Source: Polyangiales bacterium (GTDB lineage: Bacteria > Myxococcota_A > Polyangia > Polyangiales > JADJQN01). Taken from it: a stretch of 64,000 bases of DNA. The position numbers were made by a program, and so were the translations under genes. The DNA lies in the NCBI GenBank assembly GCA_964202905.1, contig CAXNJO010000001.1, forward strand, positions 32,001 through 96,000, read 5' to 3'. The notes beneath the pieces were generated by a model, which saw only the letters and a program-made list of their open reading frames with translations, was not told the DNA's origin and did not search any database. Positions 31,090 through 39,174 of this stretch are shown one piece after another (position 1 is the first letter of the stretch; each line of letters opens with the position of its first letter).

Positions 31090-32091
31090 ATGGGCCAACG
31101 GGGCGAGCGCCTCGGCGACTACGAGCTCCTCGAGCGCATCGGCATCGGCGGGATGGCCGAGGTGTGGCGGGCGCGCCGCGCGGGGGAGCACGGCTTCGAC
31201 CGACCGCTCGCGGTCAAACGCATCCTCCCGCACCTCGCCGCGGACGAGGAGTTCGTCGGCATGTTCGTCGACGAGGCGAAGCTCGCCGTGCAGCTCTCGC
31301 ACCCGAACATCGCCGCCGTGCACGACCTCGGCCGCTCAGGGGAGACCTGCTACCTCGTGCTCGACTACGTGCACGGCCGCGACCTGCGCCTCCTGCAGGA
31401 GCGCGAGCGCGAGTGGCGCTCTCCGCCCCACGCCGGCATCGCGTGCCACGTGATCGCGCGCACCCTCGAGGGGCTCGCGTACGCGCACGGCGCGAGCGAC
31501 GCGGTCGGGCGGCCGCTCGGGCTGATCCACCGCGACGTGACGCCGCAGAACATCCTCGTGTCGTTCGAGGGCGACGTGAAGATCGTCGACTTCGGCCTCG
31601 CGAAGGCGCAGGGCCGCGCGCAGGCCACGCAGGCGGGCGTGGTGAAGGGCAAGCTCGCCTACCTCGCGCCCGAGCAGCTGCGCGGGCTGCCGCTCGATCC
31701 GCGCGTCGACGTGTACGCGGCGGGGATCGTGCTGTGGGAGATGCTCACCGGGCAGCGGCTCTTCTATGCCGACACGGACCTCGACACGCTGCGCAAGGTG
31801 CACGCGGGCGAGGTCGAGCCACCCTCGCGCCTCAACCCCGCGGTGCCCCCGCAGCTCGACCACGTCGTGCTCACCGCCCTCGCCCGCGAGCGCGACGCGC
31901 GCTACCCGGGCGCGCAGGAGTTCCTCGACGGGCTCGAGGAGGTCATCTGGGAGTGGGGCGTCGTGTACAGCGCGCACCAGCTCGGCGCGTACATGTCGCA
32001 CTTCTTCCCGGAGGCGCTCGAGACCTCGCGCATCGTCGGGGACGAGCCGAGCGCGCTGCTCGACCCCGACGAGCTCGAAGAGATCGCCTGA
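31090..32091 (+). CDS. Cytoplasmic Ser/Thr protein kinase
   Basis: IGIGGMAEVW, AVKRILPHL, HRDVTPQN, DFGLAK, GKLAYLAPE. Confidence 0.92.
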   Translation: MGQRGERLGDYELLERIGIGGMAEVWRARRAGEHGFDRPLAVKRILPHLAADEEFVGMFVDEAKLAVQLSHPNIAAVHDLGRSGETCYLVLDYVHGRDLRLLQEREREWRSPPHAGIACHVIARTLEGLAYAHGASDAVGRPLGLIHRDVTPQNILVSFEGDVKIVDFGLAKAQGRAQATQAGVVKGKLAYLAPEQLRGLPLDPRVDVYAAGIVLWEMLTGQRLFYADTDLDTLRKVHAGEVEPPSRLNPAVPPQLDHVVLTALARERDARYPGAQEFLDGLEEVIWEWGVVYSAHQLGAYMSHFFPEALETSRIVGDEPSALLDPDELEEIA

Positions 32092-32128
32092 TCGCGGCGG
32101 CGCCCCGGGGGGCGCCGCGCGCGACGAC

Positions 32129-32797
32129 TCAGCAGGCGGCGCCGGCCGGGATGCAGACGTAAGCGGGGCCCATCGTCGAGCGGCACGTCATGCACGACGA
32201 GCCACTGGGGCAACCCGCCTCACGGCAGTCCGGCGCGGGGGGGCACGCGCCGTCGGACTGGTAGTCGGTGCCCATGCTCTGCGCCTCGCAGGCGTTCGGG
32301 TAGGTCACGCCGTCGCAGCCGCAGACGGGCATGAAGATGCGCGAGCAGACCTCCGGGCGCGCCTCGCAGACGCCCATGCCGTCGGCGAAGCCGCAGTCGA
32401 AGTCGACGGTGAAGTTGCAGAAGAGGCCGGGGCCGCACGGGCCCGCGCGACCGCCGCAGGCCTCGCCCGCCATGGCGCCCGTGCCGCCGTCGTCGCACTT
32501 GATGATCCCGCACTCGCACGGATCGGCCGAGGGCTCGAGGGTGCAACCCGGGGGGATCGGCGGGCAGCGCGGCGGCGTGCACATGTCCTGCGCGCTGCTG
32601 GCGTCCGTCGAGGCGCCGGCGTCGTCGCCGGCGGATGCGTCCGTATCCGTCGCGGCGTCGTCGCCCGTGGAGGCGTCACGGCCGGTGGAGAGGTCGGTGC
32701 CCGCGTCGACGGGCGTGGGGGCGTCGTCGTCGTCGCCGCAGGCGGCGAGCGCGAGGGACAGGGTGAGGGCGAGGAGCGGGGCTCGAAGGAAGCGCAT
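32129..32797 (-). CDS. Cys-rich lipoprotein with Kazal-type domain
   Basis: Lipobox LAAC-GDDDD, acidic D/A/S/T linker, RPEVCSRIFMPVCGCDGVTYPNACEA. Confidence 0.85.
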   Translation of the reverse strand: MRFLRAPLLALTLSLALAACGDDDDAPTPVDAGTDLSTGRDASTGDDAATDTDASAGDDAGASTDASSAQDMCTPPRCPPIPPGCTLEPSADPCECGIIKCDDGGTGAMAGEACGGRAGPCGPGLFCNFTVDFDCGFADGMGVCEARPEVCSRIFMPVCGCDGVTYPNACEAQSMGTDYQSDGACPPAPDCREAGCPSGSSCMTCRSTMGPAYVCIPAGAAC

Positions 32798-32834
32798 GCG
32801 GGACTCCTGAAGGACGGCTGAAGGGGACCGCAGT

Positions 32835-33488
32835 ATGTCACGCATGGACGCCGAGGCACGACGACGCGGCGTCGCGCGCGCGGGGCGGCTACGCTGCGCG
32901 ACCGTGCGGCTCATCGACCTCCCCTCGCCCCCGCTCGACGACGGCGTCGTCCGGCTGCGCGGCTTCGACGACGACGACGTCGCGGCCGTCGTCCTCGCGT
33001 GCCAGGACCCGGAGATCCCGCGCTGGACGATCGTGCCCTCGCCCTACGGCGAGCGCGAGGCGCGCGCGTGGATCGAGACGCACGATCTGCTGCGCATCAC
33101 GGGCACCGCGGTGCCGCTCGCGATCGTCGACGCCGCGACGGGCGCGTTCGCGGGGTCGATCGGGGTGCACGACCTCGATGGCCGCAGCCGCAAGGGCGAG
33201 ATCGGTTATTGGGTTGCGCGCGGGCAGCGGGGACGCGGCGTCGCGACGCGCGCGCTGCGGCTCGTCGCGGCTTGGGCGCTCGGCGAGCTGGGGCTCGCGC
33301 GGCTCGAGCTGCTCGCGGACGTGCGCAACGTGGCCTCGCAGCGCGTGGCCGAGGGCGCGGGCTTCGTGCGGGAGGGCGTGCTGCGCTCCGCGCGCGAGAT
33401 CAAGGGCGCGCGCTGCGACATGGTGATGTACGCGCGGCTGCCCTCCGACCCGGCCGTGCCGGGACGAGGCGCCGCGCGCGGAGATTGA
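32835..33488 (+). CDS. GNAT N-acetyltransferase (RimJ/RimL family)
   Basis: CQDPEIPRWT, GEIGYWV..QRGRGVATRAL, NVASQRVAE.AGF.REG. True start may be GTG ~32904. Confidence 0.88.
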   Translation: MSRMDAEARRRGVARAGRLRCATVRLIDLPSPPLDDGVVRLRGFDDDDVAAVVLACQDPEIPRWTIVPSPYGEREARAWIETHDLLRITGTAVPLAIVDAATGAFAGSIGVHDLDGRSRKGEIGYWVARGQRGRGVATRALRLVAAWALGELGLARLELLADVRNVASQRVAEGAGFVREGVLRSAREIKGARCDMVMYARLPSDPAVPGRGAARGD

Positions 33489-33528
33489 AGGCTCACGCCG
33501 GGCGCGCGGGACGGTCTATCATCCGCCC

Positions 33529-35313
33529 GTGCCCACGAGCCGAGGCGAGAGCCTGCAGACCCTCGCGCCCCTCGTCGAGCGCGCGCCGGTCGCGGCGTTG
33601 TTCGTGCAGCGCGACGCCGCCGGGGAGCTCGTGCTCGCAGCGCACAACGCAGCCGCCGTGGCGCTCGACGCGGACCTCGCGCTCCGTCTCGGGCGCCGCC
33701 GCTCGGAGCTCGACGGCTGGAGCGCGGAGCTGCTCGCGCGCGCCGAGTATGTCTGGGGCGACGAGGTCGCGGTGCACACCTTCACGCCCCGCGCTGCGCA
33801 GGGCGGCGACGGGCGCACGCTCCGCGCGACGCTGCTCGAGCCTGCGCCCGGCCTCGTGCTCGCGTGGGTCGAGGATGTGACCGCCGCCGACGTGCGACAC
33901 GCGCAGGCCCACGAGGCGCAGCAGCTGATGGCCGTCGGCCGTCGCGCGGCCGAGCTCGCCGCCGAACTCGAGGACCTGTTCGCGACGATCGGCGGCGCCG
34001 CGAGCGGCGCGGCGGTGCTCTCGACGGATCCCGCCGTGCGCGAGGAACTCGAGACGATCCGCGCGTCGGCGCAGCGCGCGTCCGCGCTCGCGCAGGCGCT
34101 CGTCGCCGCCCCGCCCGCGTCCGAGCCGCTGCTCTTCGAGTTCGCGCTCGACGACATCGCCGCCGGGCTCGAGGCGCAGCTGTCGGCGGCGCTGCCGCCG
34201 GGCCTCCGCGCGCGGGTCGCGGGCTACGCGAGCGATTGGCGCGCCTGCCTCGACGCCGGGGACCTGCAGCGCTTCCTCGTGGAGCTCGGGCGCGCGGCGG
34301 GCGCGGCGCGTCCCCGCGAAGGCGCGCTCGTGTACGCGCTCGACGCGCTGCACGTCGGGCCCGGGGGGTTGCCGGAGGATCCGGCCGCCGCGAGCGGCGA
34401 GTTCCTGCGGATCCGCCTCTGGGACGAGGGGCCGGGCGGCGCAGGCGCGATCGCGGCGTGCGGCTTCGACGCGCTCTTCCACGCGGGGCCGGAGGCCATG
34501 TCCACGGGCGGCGACGCCCTCGCGATCGCGAATGGTTACGCGCGGATCCGTCAGGTCGGGGGGCATGCGCGCACCACGACGGACGACGCCGGACGCGCCG
34601 CCCTCGCGGTGTACCTGCCGCGCGCGCCACGGCTCGGCCCCGCGACGCTCCCCCCGCTCGAGGCCGCGACGCTCCTGCCCGACTCCGTGCCCCCCGACGG
34701 TCCCGCCACGGAGCGCCCCGCGCGGCCCGACTCGGGCGCGTACACGCGGCCCGTCACCGGCTCCTTCACCCGACCCGACACCGGCTCCTACACCCGGCCG
34801 GAGTCCGTCGAGCGCCCCACCCTCGCGCCGCGCCCATCGCTGCTGCCGCGCGCCTCGCGGCTGCCGCCGCGCGCGTCGATGTTTCCCCGCGCCTCGCGTC
34901 CGCCCGGCGCGTCGCGCCCGAGCCAGCCGCCAGCTGCCGCGCTGCGGCGGGCCGAGCGCGTGCTCGTCGCGGAGGATGAACCCCTCGTACGGAACGTCGT
35001 GGTGCGCACGCTGCGCGCCGCCGGCTACGACGTGGTCGCGGCGGTGAGCGGGGACGCGGCGCTCGCGCTCGCCCTCGCCGATCCGACGGGCTTCGACCTG
35101 CTCGTCTCGGACGTGCAAATGCCGGGGCTCGACGGTCAGCGCCTCGCGCAGGCGCTGCGCGAGCGGCAGCCGACGCTGAGCGTGCTCTTCATGTCGGGGT
35201 ACTCGGACGCCGCCTACGAGGGCGCGCCACTCACGCAAGGCGCCTCCTTCGTCGCCAAGCCGTTCACCGCGCGCGAGCTCGCCGCGGCCGCGCGGCGCGC
35301 GATCGATGGCTGA
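33529..35313 (+). CDS. Degenerate hybrid histidine kinase (pseudo-kinase) with intact C-terminal receiver domain
   Basis: Receiver VLVAEDE..FDLLVSDVQMPG..LFMSGY..KPF. Upstream HisKA/HATPase-like segments are present but their catalytic boxes are substituted. Confidence 0.75.
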   Translation: MPTSRGESLQTLAPLVERAPVAALFVQRDAAGELVLAAHNAAAVALDADLALRLGRRRSELDGWSAELLARAEYVWGDEVAVHTFTPRAAQGGDGRTLRATLLEPAPGLVLAWVEDVTAADVRHAQAHEAQQLMAVGRRAAELAAELEDLFATIGGAASGAAVLSTDPAVREELETIRASAQRASALAQALVAAPPASEPLLFEFALDDIAAGLEAQLSAALPPGLRARVAGYASDWRACLDAGDLQRFLVELGRAAGAARPREGALVYALDALHVGPGGLPEDPAAASGEFLRIRLWDEGPGGAGAIAACGFDALFHAGPEAMSTGGDALAIANGYARIRQVGGHARTTTDDAGRAALAVYLPRAPRLGPATLPPLEAATLLPDSVPPDGPATERPARPDSGAYTRPVTGSFTRPDTGSYTRPESVERPTLAPRPSLLPRASRLPPRASMFPRASRPPGASRPSQPPAAALRRAERVLVAEDEPLVRNVVVRTLRAAGYDVVAAVSGDAALALALADPTGFDLLVSDVQMPGLDGQRLAQALRERQPTLSVLFMSGYSDAAYEGAPLTQGASFVAKPFTARELAAAARRAIDG

Positions 35314-36037
35314 GCCGCCGACACCGCCGGGCAGCGCGCCCACCGGGGACGTGCGGGGCGCAGAGGACCTGCCGCTGCTCTACCGCGACGACGACCTCGT
35401 CGTGGCGGCCAAGCCCTCGGGGTTGCTCGTGCACCGCGGCGGCATGACGCGCGAGGCGGACGTCGCGATGGTGCGCGTGCGGCGGCAGCTCGGGCGGCAC
35501 GTGCACCCGGTCCACCGACTCGATCGCGGGACGAGCGGCGCGCTCGTGTTCGCGCTCTCGCCGGAGATGGCCGCCGCGCTCGGGCGCAGCTTCGCGGCGG
35601 GCGAGGTGCACAAGCGCTACCTCGCGCTCGTGCGTGGCGTCGCGCCCGCGCACTGCGTCGTCGATCACCCCGTACCGAAGGACGAAGGCGGCGAGCGTGT
35701 CCCCGCGGTCACCGAGCTCCGGCGACTCTGGGAGGGGCCGCACTGCTCGCTCGTGCTCGCGCTGCCGCGCACCGGCCGCTTCCACCAGGTGCGGCGACAC
35801 CTGAAGCACCTCCACCACCCCATCGTGGGAGATACTAATTACGGAGACGGCGCGACCAACCGTCGGTTCCGCGCGCTCGGGCTCCAGCGGCTCGCGCTGC
35901 ATGCGCTCGGGCTCACGCTGCCGCACCCGCGCACCGGCGCGCCGCTCGGGGTGTACGCGCCTCTCCCCGCCGACCTCGACGCACCGCTCGCGGCCCTCGG
36001 CGTCCCGCCCGCGCTGCGCGAGGCCGAGCCTGCGTGA
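35306..36037 (+). CDS. RNA pseudouridine synthase (RluA/TruC family)
   Basis: KPSGLLVHR, PVHRLDRGTSG, KRYLALVRG, PRTGRFHQVRRH, PIVGDTNYG, LALHA. Confidence 0.92.
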   Translation: MAEPPTPPGSAPTGDVRGAEDLPLLYRDDDLVVAAKPSGLLVHRGGMTREADVAMVRVRRQLGRHVHPVHRLDRGTSGALVFALSPEMAAALGRSFAAGEVHKRYLALVRGVAPAHCVVDHPVPKDEGGERVPAVTELRRLWEGPHCSLVLALPRTGRFHQVRRHLKHLHHPIVGDTNYGDGATNRRFRALGLQRLALHALGLTLPHPRTGAPLGVYAPLPADLDAPLAALGVPPALREAEPA

Positions 36038-36152
36038 CGTGGGCCGCGCGCCGCGTCACGGCGTGCGTCGGCGCGGCGTGCCACGTCGCCGAGCGCGACG
36101 CGCGCCCCGACGTGAAGTTGCCCACGCGCAGCGCCGGGCCCACCTTCGCGGC

Positions 36153-36512
36153 ATGTGCCGACTCGCCGCCCCCGCTGCGCTCTTCGCCTCCCTCGCGCTC
36201 GCGCTCGCGCTGCTCGTGCCGGGCGTGCGCGCCGACGAGACGGGCCGCCACCCCGCGTGCATCGAGGTCCGCGGCGAGGCGCGCTACGGCGCGCAGGGCT
36301 ACGACCACCACGTGCTCGTCCGCAACGGCTGCGACCGCGAGGCGCGCTGCAGCGTGACGACGGATGTGAACCCGCAGCCCGCGCCGCTCACGGTCGCGCC
36401 GGGGGCGACGGGGCACGTCGTGATGTGGCGCGGCTCGCCCGCGCGCGTGTTCGCGCCACGCGCCGATTGCACGCTCGTCGGGGCCCCCCCAACGGACACC
36501 GACACCCCGTGA
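36153..36512 (+). CDS. Small secreted hypothetical protein with four Cys in the mature region
   Basis: Signal peptide ending VRA; ARYGAQGYDHHV.VRNGC...RC.V.TDVNP; GTGA overlap with arfB. Confidence 0.7.
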   Translation: MCRLAAPAALFASLALALALLVPGVRADETGRHPACIEVRGEARYGAQGYDHHVLVRNGCDREARCSVTTDVNPQPAPLTVAPGATGHVVMWRGSPARVFAPRADCTLVGAPPTDTDTP

Positions 36513-36940
36513 GCGGCGCCCCGCTCGAGATCGACCCGCGCGTGACGCTCCCCGCGCACGAGCTCACCTGGACCGCCGTGCGCGCGGGCGGTCCCGGCGG
36601 ACAGAACGTCAACAAGGTCGCCTCGAAGGTAGAGCTGCGCTTCGACCTCGCGGGCACGCGCGCGCTCGCGCCGGACGTGAAGGCGCGCCTGCGCAAGCTC
36701 GCGGCCGGCCGCCTCGACGCCGAGGGCCGCATCCTGCTGACGAGCCAGCGCACACGGGATCAGGCGAAGAACCTCGCCGACGCGCGCGACAAGCTCGCCG
36801 AGCTCGTGCGGCGCGCGCTCTTCGTGCCGAAGGCGCGGCGCGCGACGAAGCCGACCCGCGGCTCGCAGGAGCGCCGCCTCGAAGGCAAACGGCGCGACGC
36901 GCGGGTCAAGGCCGGGCGCGGCAAGACGGGCGACGACTGA
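36509..36940 (+). CDS. arfB: Alternative ribosome rescue factor ArfB (peptidyl-tRNA hydrolase)
   Basis: RAGGPGGQNVNKVASKVELRFD, SQRTRDQ.KN, basic tail RRATKPTRGSQERRL..K. Confidence 0.93.
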   Translation: MSGAPLEIDPRVTLPAHELTWTAVRAGGPGGQNVNKVASKVELRFDLAGTRALAPDVKARLRKLAAGRLDAEGRILLTSQRTRDQAKNLADARDKLAELVRRALFVPKARRATKPTRGSQERRLEGKRRDARVKAGRGKTGDD

Positions 36941-37214
36941 GCCGCAACGACTGAGCCGCAACGACTGGGCGGCGCCATCGGCGCGCGCGAGGCGTGCCGC
37001 CCGGGCCGGGGTGGGAGGCCGCAGGCGCCCGCAGAGGTCGAAGCGCACGGCGGCCGCGTCCTCGCCGAGGCGCGGGCAGACGGCGGGGCGCGCGTGGGAT
37101 TCACGCTGCCAGGGCGCGCCTCCCAGTCGGCGCGCTGCGCCGCCAGAAACGCGCGAGGCCGGGCGAGGGTCCCACCCCCACCCGGCCTCCCGACGACGTA
37201 CCGCGATCCGATGC

Positions 37215-39131
37215 TCAGCGGCGGCGACGACGCCGCGCGGTCACGCCGATCGCGAGGAGCGCGAGCACGACGGCCGCGCCGCGATCGCCGCGCGACGTGG
37301 GCACCGCGCAGCCGCACGCGCCGCCTGCGAGGGCGCCGGGCTTGCCGCCCGCGTCGGGCGCGCCTGCATCGACCTCGGGCGTGCCCGCGTCGACCTCGGG
37401 CGTGCCCGCGTCGACCTCCGGCAGCGCGACGCAGTCACCCGACGTCGCGTCGCAGGTGGGCGTCTCCGCCCGCGCCGCGCAGTCGGCGTCGTCCGTGCAG
37501 CCACCGCAGCCGCGCGGTGCACCGGCGCAGACCGGGTCGGTCACCGGGCAGTCGCCGTCGCCGCCGCAGCCGCCGCAAGTCGAGGTCGCGAGGTCGCAGA
37601 AGGGCGTCGTGCCGCTGCAATCGGCGTCCGTGACGCAGCCGACGCAGCCGGCGGCGCCCGCCGTGTCGGTCGCGCAGATCGGCGTCGCGATGGTGCAGCC
37701 GTCGTCGACCGCAGCCAGGGCCGCAGAGTCCTCGCACAGCGCGCACGCGTTGCCGGTGTCGGTCGCCACGCAGGCCGGGGTGGTGCCACCGCAGCCCGGG
37801 TCGGCCATGCCCGACGCGGCGTCCTCGCAGGGCTGACACGCGGGCACGCCGTCGTCGCCGACGAGGCAGATCGGGGACGCCATGCTGCAGCCGAGGTCGA
37901 TGCCCGTGCCGGTCGTGGTGTTCACGCAGGGGAGGCACTGCGCGCCCGACGCCGCACCGTCGCAGACGCCGCCAGCGCAGGCCGTACCGGCCGGCTCGGG
38001 GGCCCTGCCGCACGCCAGGCCGAGACACGCGTCGACGGTGCAGGGGTTCCCGTCGTCGCAGTCGAGCGCCGAGGTGCACGCGACGCACGCGTACGTGCCG
38101 CCGCGGCCGATCGCGCAGTTGGGCACCGCGCCCGTGCAGCCGAGATCGATCCCCGTGCCGGGGTCGCTGTCGATGCACGACTCACACACCGGCGCGCCGG
38201 TGCCGCTGGTGCGGCAGTGCGCGTTCGGGCGGCCGCAGCCCGAGTCGGTCGTCGTGGCCTGGTCGTCGATGCAGTCGACGCAGACGTTGGCGCGCGGGGA
38301 GCCGGTGCAGACGGAGCCGAGCGCGCAGTCGCCGCGCTGCCCGCGGGCGACGGAGGCGTACACACAGGTGTTCGTCGCCGTGCAGGAGTCCACCGTGCAG
38401 GGCCGACCGTCGTCGCAGTCCGCGGCGGTCACGCAGGCGACGCAGCGCGCCGTCGCGTCCGCCCCGATGCAGTTCGGGAGCACGGACGTGCAGCCCGTGT
38501 CGACCCCGGTGCCGCTGTCGATGCACGCCGGCGGCGTGATCTCCGTGGTGCGCGTCCGGAAGAGCACGCGGCGCGACGACGTGGCGATCCCGGCGCCCCA
38601 CACCCACTGCGGCGACGGGGACCACCCGCACGAATTGCCACCATCCCAGCCGGTGGTGACACCGACCCAGGTGCAGGCCGGGATCCGCGCGTTCGCGAAC
38701 GACACCCAGCCGCCCGTGGGCTCGGACGACCCGGAGTGCGCACCCAGGTCGCACGCCTGCCACTCGCCGCCGGTGGTGTTGGTGTTCAGCACGACCCCGC
38801 CGACCGAGTCGAGGAAGGTCGCGGTCAACGACGTGAACCCGTCGTTGTCGCCGGCCGCGAGGATATAGGCGTATTCGTTCGCGGCGAGCGTCGCCGAGTC
38901 GACCGAGTACGTCTCCCACCCGGTGCAGCAGCGGATGTCGCACGCGAGCGAGTTCCAGACCCACGCGGACGAGCCGGTCGTCCCGACGGTCGTCGCCGAC
39001 CCGAAGCCGAACGCGTAGCCGTTGTTCGCGGTGATGCGGGCCGTCACCTGCGCCTCCGCGCTCACGCCCACGCCCGCGAGCGCCGCGACGAACCCGAGCG
39101 CTGCCACACCAAACCGTTCGAACCTTCGCAT
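37215..39131 (-). CDS. TraA-like Cys-rich surface protein with MYXO-CTERM-type sorting signal
   Basis: Signal peptide ending AEA; N-terminal globular domain; many CV.C...DC / D.GC...P.C repeats; PEVDAGT stalk; C-terminal GGACGCAV + TM + RRRRRR. Confidence 0.75.
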   Translation of the reverse strand: MRRFERFGVAALGFVAALAGVGVSAEAQVTARITANNGYAFGFGSATTVGTTGSSAWVWNSLACDIRCCTGWETYSVDSATLAANEYAYILAAGDNDGFTSLTATFLDSVGGVVLNTNTTGGEWQACDLGAHSGSSEPTGGWVSFANARIPACTWVGVTTGWDGGNSCGWSPSPQWVWGAGIATSSRRVLFRTRTTEITPPACIDSGTGVDTGCTSVLPNCIGADATARCVACVTAADCDDGRPCTVDSCTATNTCVYASVARGQRGDCALGSVCTGSPRANVCVDCIDDQATTTDSGCGRPNAHCRTSGTGAPVCESCIDSDPGTGIDLGCTGAVPNCAIGRGGTYACVACTSALDCDDGNPCTVDACLGLACGRAPEPAGTACAGGVCDGAASGAQCLPCVNTTTGTGIDLGCSMASPICLVGDDGVPACQPCEDAASGMADPGCGGTTPACVATDTGNACALCEDSAALAAVDDGCTIATPICATDTAGAAGCVGCVTDADCSGTTPFCDLATSTCGGCGGDGDCPVTDPVCAGAPRGCGGCTDDADCAARAETPTCDATSGDCVALPEVDAGTPEVDAGTPEVDAGAPDAGGKPGALAGGACGCAVPTSRGDRGAAVVLALLAIGVTARRRRRR

Positions 39132-39174
39132 GCCGCCTCCGTGGGCCGCGCACGCGGCCCCATGTGTCCTTCGC

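Noticed and set aside
36933..36968. 14-bp direct repeat (ACGACTGAGCCGCA) at the arfB stop
   Set aside because: About 2.5 copies of a short local duplication with no evidence of function.
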